DNA from: an uncultured Candidatus Woesearchaeota archaeon | Lineage (GTDB): Archaea > Nanobdellota > Nanobdellia > Woesearchaeales > 21-14-0-10-32-9 | DNA length: 45,276 nt | Assembly: GCA_903891505.1 (NCBI GenBank) | Contig: CAITEO010000002.1 | Span: 1-45,276, forward strand | Direction of reading: 5' to 3' | Shown: piece by piece, positions 40,101-45,276 of the stretch | Position numbering within the stretch: the first letter of the stretch is position 1 | Layout: each line of letters starts with the position of its first letter | The notes under the pieces: model-generated | The model's input: the letters and a program-made list of their open reading frames with translations, nothing else | The model's database searches: none | What the model was told of the DNA's origin: nothing | Made by a program: the position numbers and the translations under genes

Positions 40101-42836
40101 ATCAGGATATGTATAATGATACGTAGCATATATTTGCTTACAGGAGAATGTTGATGGTATTGTTCCTCCGAGACATAAATCTTGATGATACTGACAAAGT
40201 TCCTGGTTCATTGTTTGTGCATTAGCATTAAATATAGACGGTCCTGCTAAAAATCCTGCACACAAAGGCTCTTTGAGGTTTTCAGTTCTGTTGCAGAAAA
40301 CATCTTTTCCTACTGAGCTAACATACTCATTTACCTTATCCCATTTATTGTTTACAGGATCTACAAGAACCTCACAGTTAGGATCACACGTTGCCAAGAA
40401 TGAACCTAAAGTATAGGCTATGCTATTGCCCTGAGCATCTACTTTGCACCAGCCGTTGCATGTTCCACCCGCCTTATTTACAGCAGTACATGCTATTTCG
40501 CATTTTGCAGGAGTGTTCTGATTGCAATCAATCATTTTCAAACCCTCATCAGGGATGTTCTCTATTGTATCAATGCATTTTCTTTGATTGCTTGCAAACG
40601 GAAGGATAAACGTTCCTCCTCTTGGAATTCCTAAATTTCCATATTTTGGTGTTGATGAAGTTGCGTTGCAGTAGAACCATTTATCTCCATTTGAAATAAA
40701 GTGCGTCTCTTCCGCCTGAACAATCCAGTAAGGATTTGGTATAGAAACAATATTTACTGTACTGCCTGTTCCAGAAACTGTACTTTTCTCAACAGTTTCA
40801 TCGGGTGAAATCCAGGAATAATTCAAACCAGGATACGCAAAACTAGGCGTTGATGAAACTATCGCATCTGCATCATATGAATCAGAACAAAGATATTCAT
40901 TATCAGGAGTTATTGCTCCAAGATCAGATGTGCCGTATGGATTTTGAGTCCATTTGCAATTAGTATCTCCATTACACGAATTAGCATTGTAATAAATATT
41001 CGAACAAAAAACTGAGTTTCCCGTAGTTGCATTAAGAACACAGGTTGGGCCTATTTTACAGGTTCTTGTATAAACAAATTTATTAGAATAATAATCTACA
41101 CAATATTTTTCTGTAAAATTTGTTTGAGTCCATCCTGGCGCGCAAGGCTCTGCATCTTGAGAAACTTTATGTACTTTATCATCATCTCCGGTTGGTTCTA
41201 TGTTGGTGCTTATACAATTTCCAATATTAGTAATATTTTCAATCGTATTTGAATTTTTATAGCATGTTCTATTTTTAACATATGGAATATTCTTATTATC
41301 ACCATTTCCACTTGCATCACAATAACAAGTTGACATGACTACAGCGGGCGTAGTATTCTCCGCCCATCCAGGTCCTAAAGATGTGCAAGTATCTGCGTCA
41401 GCCCTGGCCTGGTCGCAGCGAAGAGCAACTTTGCCAGTTATACAAAATCCGTAGGTTTCAGTTGAAAAAGTTTGACTGTCAGAACCGCTACTACAACCGA
41501 TTGTTGCTGAACAATTAATTGAATCAGCACCACTACAAGGATTTGTTTCTCCATTTAACGAACACGTTCCAGTAAGATCGTCTCCACATGCAAGATCAGA
41601 TGCATTCTTTGCAGACTCATTATACCATGCTGGTTTTATAAGATAATCTCCCCAGATCGTTGCATCCCAGGGAAGCAAAGGGTTATTTTTGTTATCGTGA
41701 CAATCAGAATCATCCATATCTACTTGTCCATTTAAATCATTATCTATTCCATCATTACAATTTGCGAGTATACTATCTGTTCCTCCATTAGGCGCTGTTT
41801 CTTTTACAGGTAATATTTGTGATGCACCTGGTGCTGTACTCACAGTTCCATCGTATCCACAATAACTATTTCCATCACCCTCGTAACTGCAACCTTTTGG
41901 TCCAAGAGCTCCTGGAGTTCCTTCAACGTCTGGCACTTTTTGTGGATAGGCTACTGCGTACACGCGTACTTCTCCTGCGTTTCCGCCACCGCCACCGCCA
42001 CCGCCAGCACCACCGTCTCCTCCGTTCGTGTCGTCTCCGCCATCTCCAGCGTGGCCACCGATGCCTCCATTAACCATAATTTTTGAACCATCACCTGATT
42101 CTTTGAACTCATTTGATATCTGAATTATTATTATTCCTCCTCCTGATCCTCCAGCACCACCAGCGCCTCCTCCTCCTGATCCTCCAGCACTTTGACCATC
42201 ATGTCCTCTGATTCCATTTTGACCAGAATCATTTATGATAGAATTTTCTTTCATCTCGAAATCTTGTACTATAAATTTAACGTAGGCTCCGGAATTATCT
42301 TGAGAAACCGATGTTCCTCCACCGCCACCACTATTACTACCACCTATTCCAGCGCCGCTTGTTCCTCCTCTGTAAAGTTTTTGTCCACCAGCACCGCCGG
42401 AACCGCCACCGCCACCGTGATTTTGACCACCGCCACTCTGTACACCCTTTCCTCCAGTTCCTCCACTTCCAGCACCATCAACTCCTTGACCGCCAGGACT
42501 CCCTCCATCCTGTCCAGATGAATCTACACCTCTCGCTGCAAGGGGCGCTAGTGAATTTACGAATGTTATGTCTGCAGAAGTATCTATTGTTAAACTTTTG
42601 AATGTCCAATTTACTGGGACTGTTACATCTGCTGATTTTACATCAACAGTTTGATTTTGTTTTATTACACAATTAACATTTGGATGTGGAGTACCGGGAT
42701 CGTAGCAACCAGCTTCGCAAGTTATATCTGTATCTGCACATGGAGTTGCGCTCACTATGCGCGTTGTAGAAACCACGACGAATAACGAGACGATTAGCAT
42801 TAGAACTATCCCTGTTGTCCCTCTTTTACCCACCAT
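37167..42836 (-). CDS. 1889-aa giant secreted protein: Gly-run region, Cys-rich body, two C-terminal CVDSDGG modules
   Basis: Sec signal ...TRIVSA|TP. Residues ~100-290 are poly-Gly runs alternating with short beta-like strands. The motif CNDGIDNDLNGQVDMDDSDC is present, along with very many Cys and N-x-S/T sites. The C-terminus carries two ~70-aa modules, each starting CVDSDGG and ending C.xGACV. Confidence 0.85.
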   Translation of the reverse strand: MVGKRGTTGIVLMLIVSLFVVVSTTRIVSATPCADTDITCEAGCYDPGTPHPNVNCVIKQNQTVDVKSADVTVPVNWTFKSLTIDTSADITFVNSLAPLAARGVDSSGQDGGSPGGQGVDGAGSGGTGGKGVQSGGGQNHGGGGGSGGAGGQKLYRGGTSGAGIGGSNSGGGGGTSVSQDNSGAYVKFIVQDFEMKENSIINDSGQNGIRGHDGQSAGGSGGGGAGGAGGSGGGIIIIQISNEFKESGDGSKIMVNGGIGGHAGDGGDDTNGGDGGAGGGGGGGGNAGEVRVYAVAYPQKVPDVEGTPGALGPKGCSYEGDGNSYCGYDGTVSTAPGASQILPVKETAPNGGTDSILANCNDGIDNDLNGQVDMDDSDCHDNKNNPLLPWDATIWGDYLIKPAWYNESAKNASDLACGDDLTGTCSLNGETNPCSGADSINCSATIGCSSGSDSQTFSTETYGFCITGKVALRCDQARADADTCTSLGPGWAENTTPAVVMSTCYCDASGNGDNKNIPYVKNRTCYKNSNTIENITNIGNCISTNIEPTGDDDKVHKVSQDAEPCAPGWTQTNFTEKYCVDYYSNKFVYTRTCKIGPTCVLNATTGNSVFCSNIYYNANSCNGDTNCKWTQNPYGTSDLGAITPDNEYLCSDSYDADAIVSSTPSFAYPGLNYSWISPDETVEKSTVSGTGSTVNIVSIPNPYWIVQAEETHFISNGDKWFYCNATSSTPKYGNLGIPRGGTFILPFASNQRKCIDTIENIPDEGLKMIDCNQNTPAKCEIACTAVNKAGGTCNGWCKVDAQGNSIAYTLGSFLATCDPNCEVLVDPVNNKWDKVNEYVSSVGKDVFCNRTENLKEPLCAGFLAGPSIFNANAQTMNQELCQYHQDLCLGGTIPSTFSCKQIYATYHYTYPDNGMKLCAKGTEYCKNGALVYSREASLASPSYCCLGQAAYCAGYNGQQDCTALGGTMKSSAPICGVSSNGNCVCTGITLGTNNDCCVDGQWMDPTNVLLNPNESYVCYAQDGRSHIQECCGADNCNNKLNALNGIGLPQMKVFSMKGVPIHSLMSFDDLVTDAITGEKILQRQVKTDYNKNTGDVISFSSNGGAFLWFYSYEAYTLNWSRFSYLEFDIMYNVVTNDTVSIVDSNGTECKYDLLDNIAVKKGPLRWQHVTIPLDNSITCSGTLDKNNIAAINITIGKGRDPSGDYVDIKTSSVNVALDNFFLRPKDTSASGDSVNEFCSGDWGKWVKNLDGPTGNNGFIGKSPSIVDVGPYKDACNGVISFGWTGNLCCGDDTSVGQHGEYWKDTIGACWKGTTVLDDQTVADALGDYKSFYVNASEDKIKDELSLLYYGNALWSCDRAIGNYTKYNESYNGVVKTGVTFDNVITQQNVALPYTIKGHWFCETDGEGWVKLADINRVKPLAATLRKIGEVESKKLFNKNEYTLMCGNYTTLSNVLPFGEYDAQFNMTNNICVLKVGDNKLGDINSNFGSNKQWNKDGFVVIGLEVTDITLPFDDYKGSAGTGVLNNIKLLEAQDYDCSTVLPDVTPDSFFTKCSDKSSDTSNKIYLYYDKPLNIILISGNQKLEEVVGVGRTQGSGFVQFFKDFWAELKKFFSNLFSPINSQNKMKLSDFELRNTKDLYLSVQDNRMIVGAMEEIGYTSIRVDYVNLSTDVRILRDAIEANYNSLVSATYIANGTNKTIFVTGVPGKDIDWRLITAILRVNPNGNSISFPPTFTQNNFCVDSDGGLNYTVKGIVNVNGLTSYIDNCTADSITVLEYYCNTTTNESAFVEKSCKSINTSYICSAGACVLPPLPPPKNCVDSDGGSQYQQFVPGNVSVNAEVVCTDTCLTYQNNNKLRECYCTDSDEWASKEINCSSLGNSVCSNGACVHN

Positions 42837-42858
42837 TCGTTGAACCCATTATTTTTAC

Positions 42859-42866
42859 TATTTAAA
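42859..42866 (-). promoter_or_regulatory. TATA box (TTTAAATA on minus strand) for the leaderless giant gene
   Basis: The box centre is 26.5 nt upstream of the ATG at 42836. Confidence 0.5.
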
Positions 42867-43074
42867 TGTTGCTTTTTTGTAAAAATAACTCCCTCTTGAC
42901 TAATTCTTCTTTTTTCGTCGTATTTTTCTTGTGCTATTCCTAAATTAATTTTTTCATCTCCAACATAAATTCTCTCGCTCTCGTCAGAGAAGTTTGTGCC
43001 ATTTCTTCTTTCACGAACACACTCACTTCGTATTGAAGTCTAGCTCGTTTCTCGAGCTCAAATTCGTAGTTTTT

Positions 43075-43920
43075 TTATTTCTTTTTGTGTTCAAGTCTTT
43101 TTTGTTTTTCTGATTTATCTAAAAAGTTATCCCTTAAAACTACACTTTTACCTAATTTATGCTCTATATCTTTTCGCGTTGAGCCCGCAACATCTCCGCC
43201 ATCCTTAGAATCTTTTTTTAGTTTTAGGAACTCCTTGGAATCACGTTCTCTTGTGAATCTGGTTGTGGTTACTTCTCCGAGCATAGTAAGGATGAGTTCT
43301 ATATCGTCCATGTGATCTCTAAGATTTTCTTTTTGCAATCCTTTGAATTTCTTGTATTCACTCGGAGTTATGCCAAATGTTGCTTTGGAGATTTCTGCTG
43401 TAAGAATTGAATACTCTTTTTTTGTTTGCAGACCTCTCTTGCTCCATTCATCTGTCAATTCATCCCTTATGGCTATGCCCCTAACTCTCTTTTCAATCCA
43501 ATCATCAGAATATCCTTTTGATTTGTATATCTCTTTCATTCTCATTTGAGCGAGTTCCGGATTCTCGATCTCTTGTATGTGAATATACCCTACTTTTGCA
43601 AGCCATCTTTTGAAAGGTTCTGCCTTCTTTGAAGGAATAGATTGAATTAGCCTAAAAGCATTCTCTGTGTTAACACAATTAAGATTCTGCACTCCTCCTG
43701 ATGTCTCAATCCTAAGGGGGGTGACAATTTGTCCCCACCCTTCATTTAAAGCTTCATCTCTCTTCCTAAGTTTCTTTAGATAATCAGAAGGATTCACAGA
43801 ATCAGTCAAAACACCAACAATGTCTAAAACAACAAAATACCATTGACCATTATGCCAAGTTCTACGAATATTTTTTCCCTGAAAAACAATAAGTGTATTT
43901 TCTTTGTCCATATCAAGCAC
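43075..43920 (-). CDS. Bro-N domain / DinD-like (DNA-damage-inducible protein D-like) protein
   Basis: The N-terminus IVFQGKNIRRTWHNGQWYFVVLDIVGVLTDS...NAFRLIQSIPSKKAEPFKRWL has the Bro-N pattern. The C-terminal half KGLQKENLRDHMDDIELILTMLGEVTT...GGDVAGSTRKDIEHKLGKSV parallels DinD-type proteins. The track start is a GTG at 43920; an ATG at 43911 is an alternative. Confidence 0.7.
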   Translation of the reverse strand: MLDMDKENTLIVFQGKNIRRTWHNGQWYFVVLDIVGVLTDSVNPSDYLKKLRKRDEALNEGWGQIVTPLRIETSGGVQNLNCVNTENAFRLIQSIPSKKAEPFKRWLAKVGYIHIQEIENPELAQMRMKEIYKSKGYSDDWIEKRVRGIAIRDELTDEWSKRGLQTKKEYSILTAEISKATFGITPSEYKKFKGLQKENLRDHMDDIELILTMLGEVTTTRFTRERDSKEFLKLKKDSKDGGDVAGSTRKDIEHKLGKSVVLRDNFLDKSEKQKRLEHKKK

Positions 43921-43991
43921 TTGTCTATATGAAACTCTCTTTAGTTTATATATTTCACGCGAACTTGTCTAGTTGAGTAAGTTATTTTTCA

Positions 43992-44174
43992 TTAATCATA
44001 TGCAAGTCCGTAGTAATCCTCAATGCCATTTAGTATAATTCTGTGTTTCTCTGCTTCTTTGCAGACGTTTGACTCCTTAGAATGGAGCATTTCTACGAAT
44101 TGTTTTTCATTGAATATTAGCGCATGGATTGCTACAGAAAACAATGATCTAACTTGATTTATCTCTGTTTCCAT
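43992..44174 (-). CDS. small ORF overlapping the 3' end of the nucleotidyltransferase gene (possible partner or frameshifted C-terminal part)
   Basis: 60 aa with a 26-nt overlap in another frame. No canonical HEPN Rx4-6H motif is seen; RSLFSVAIH has 7-residue spacing. Confidence 0.3.
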   Translation of the reverse strand: METEINQVRSLFSVAIHALIFNEKQFVEMLHSKESNVCKEAEKHRIILNGIEDYYGLAYD

Positions 44175-44574
44175 GACATTCTCGGAAGATTTTCGGACTA
44201 TTAAATATCAAATCAATATCTGATTGCTTTGTCTGTTTTCCAGCAGCATAAGACCCGAAAAGCAGAACAATGTACTGCTTTTCTTTTATGTCTTTTTTGA
44301 ATTGATTGAGTACAATTAAAATATTTTTATTTTCTAAAATTTTTTGTGCTCGCATGTATTCTGCTTCAAAAATAGACGGATGTATTCTTTTTATCAAAGA
44401 CACTCTGTCTGCATTTCCAAATCTTTCCAGGCTTATTATTCCACTCTCTTTAAGTTTTCTTATATTGGAATGTGTAGTTTTATAATCAACACTGAGTTCT
44501 TGCGAGAGTTGCCTGATGCTTATTCCTTTGTTGTTTTCAATGAGATATTTTATGATTCTTTGATTGTTAGTCAC
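44149..44574 (-). CDS. winged-helix + minimal nucleotidyltransferase (MNT-like) fusion protein
   Basis: N-terminal wHTH IRQLSQELSVDYKTTHSNIRKLKESGII, then the NTase motif LLFGSYAAGKQTKQSDIDLIF (GSx10-12DxD). GTG start with an AGAGGAG SD 7 nt upstream. Confidence 0.75.
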   Translation of the reverse strand: MTNNQRIIKYLIENNKGISIRQLSQELSVDYKTTHSNIRKLKESGIISLERFGNADRVSLIKRIHPSIFEAEYMRAQKILENKNILIVLNQFKKDIKEKQYIVLLFGSYAAGKQTKQSDIDLIFNSPKIFRECHGNRDKSS

Positions 44575-44591
44575 ATAAACTCCTCTAAGTT

Positions 44592-44638
44592 ATGGTATAA
44601 TTACCATAATATTATGTTATTGCTACCATATATTTAAA
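44592..44638 (-). promoter_or_regulatory. promoter of the wHTH-NTase gene: TATA (TTTAAATA, 44631-44638) plus 16-bp palindrome ATGGTA-TAAT-TACCAT (44592-44607) at the predicted TSS
   Basis: The palindrome begins about 27 nt downstream of the TATA centre, and a third TACCAT half-site lies at 44624-44629. This is a plausible autoregulatory operator for the wHTH domain. Confidence 0.4.
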
Positions 44639-44688
44639 CCTTACAAAGAAAAATCTGAAATTAGTATTCATTTTAGTTATTCTCTTAT

Positions 44689-45276
44689 CTATTCTTCTTT
44701 TTCTTCCAGAATTAAATGAAGGTTTTCAGTTGCTTGTTTTGCGAGTTCTTCGTATCCAAATGATCGTATAAGTGATGCATACTCCATTTCTGCACGTAAA
44801 TGTTCAGGTTTTGTTGCAAGTGAACAAATCACAGTAGTTAATTTGTACTTTTTGGCGAGCATCAAGTTTTGCATCATGCGTCCAAGTAGCATTTCACGTG
44901 CTCTTGAATGAATAATAATTTTTTCCATATCAAACACCAAAACCTTTTCTTTTTCTTTCATTATTGCGCTAAGTACTTGGTTTACTCCTGATCGTCTGTA
45001 ATGGAATGAATCTTTCTGCTCTAATTCCTCAAAGTCGTAGAGAAATTTCATGTTTTTATTCTCAATATTTTGTTGTTCACCTTTTGCGAATATGATTCCT
45101 GGTTTGTTTGTGTTCGTCTTCGTAATTATTCCAGAGTATAATTTTAGTTTTGTTTTTGTTTGCAATAGTTTCAAATCTTTTTGTTGTTTTTCGTACAAAA
45201 ACAGCAATCCTTTTGTTCCAAGCGCTGTAGCTATCTTAATGAATTCTTCTTCGTTGTTATTTGGTATGCATACGTC
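44689..45276 (-). CDS. rnp3: RNase P protein component 3 (Rpp30/p30 type), N-terminus runs off the window edge
   Basis: The reading frame stays open upstream of the track start to the window end (DVCIPNNNEEEFIKIATALGTKGLLFLYE...). The body reads HYRRSGVNQVLSAIMKEKEKVLVFDMEKII...RAREMLLGRMMQNLMLAKKYKLTTVICSLATKPEHLRAEMEYASLIRSFG, which fits the PHP-like Rpp30 pattern. Confidence 0.7.
   Translation of the reverse strand, partial: DVCIPNNNEEEFIKIATALGTKGLLFLYEKQQKDLKLLQTKTKLKLYSGIITKTNTNKPGIIFAKGEQQNIENKNMKFLYDFEELEQKDSFHYRRSGVNQVLSAIMKEKEKVLVFDMEKIIIHSRAREMLLGRMMQNLMLAKKYKLTTVICSLATKPEHLRAEMEYASLIRSFGYEELAKQATENLHLILEEKEE

Noticed and set aside
41819-42601. Plus-strand ORFs rich in H/R/L/S/T (41819-42073, 42192-42521, 42311-42601).
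   Set aside because: They are the complement of the GGN-rich Gly-run region of the 1889-aa gene and are compositional artefacts.
1-45276. A search for CRISPR arrays, tRNA or rRNA genes, transposases, integrases and IS inverted repeats.
   Set aside because: Only two-copy direct repeats were found (20-nt at 35579-35618, 12-nt near 13557, 22-nt inside the giant gene). There are no spaced repeat arrays. The GC-rich hairpin islands lack the T-loop GTTCRANNC and cloverleaf lengths. No recombinase-like ORF was recognised.

Overview
AT-rich archaeal chromosome fragment (roughly one-third G+C by eye, not computed). The archaeal assignment rests on four things: a proteasome beta subunit (TTTVG nucleophile), an RPA-type OB-fold ssDNA-binding protein, an RNase P Rpp30-type subunit, and the promoter/translation signals. 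TATA boxes sit 26-27 nt upstream of many start codons (leaderless mRNAs), and operon-internal genes carry GAGG/GGAGG SD sites. The gene content and giant Cys-rich surface proteins are reminiscent of small-genome episymbiotic (DPANN-like) archaea, but that is inference.

Layout:
(i) 1-9.0 kb holds housekeeping and accessory genes: psmB, a membrane-anchored ArsR-like regulator with an ABC ATPase and a YhgE/Pip-like ABC-2 permease, a NUDIX hydrolase, an HD hydrolase and RPA.
(ii) 9.2-34.9 kb is one co-directional minus-strand block of 21 ORFs. Three proteins of more than 1000 aa (Cys-rich, sequon-rich) sit at the 5' end. In all, 18 ORFs begin with a class III (type IV prepilin-like) signal, [KR][KR](G/A) followed by a hydrophobic helix. 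These include two tandem small Cys-rich candidate major pilins, two mini-pilins (one a 40-aa ORF absent from the track), and at the 3' end two pilin-anchored peptidoglycan hydrolases (amidase-like + 3D domain; M15 SxHxxGxAxD peptidase). No assembly ATPase, platform protein or prepilin peptidase lies in the window.
(iii) 35-45.3 kb holds a CYTH protein, a small Cys-rich lipoprotein-like ORF, a Memo-like protein, a 1889-aa Gly/Cys-rich giant surface protein, a Bro-N/DinD-like protein, a wHTH-nucleotidyltransferase and RNase P p30.

No rRNA, tRNA, CRISPR array, transposase or integrase was recognised. Most mature domains in the central block cannot be assigned from sequence alone. The central hypothesis, a pilus-like murein-degrading cell-contact apparatus aimed at bacterial cell walls, is inference.
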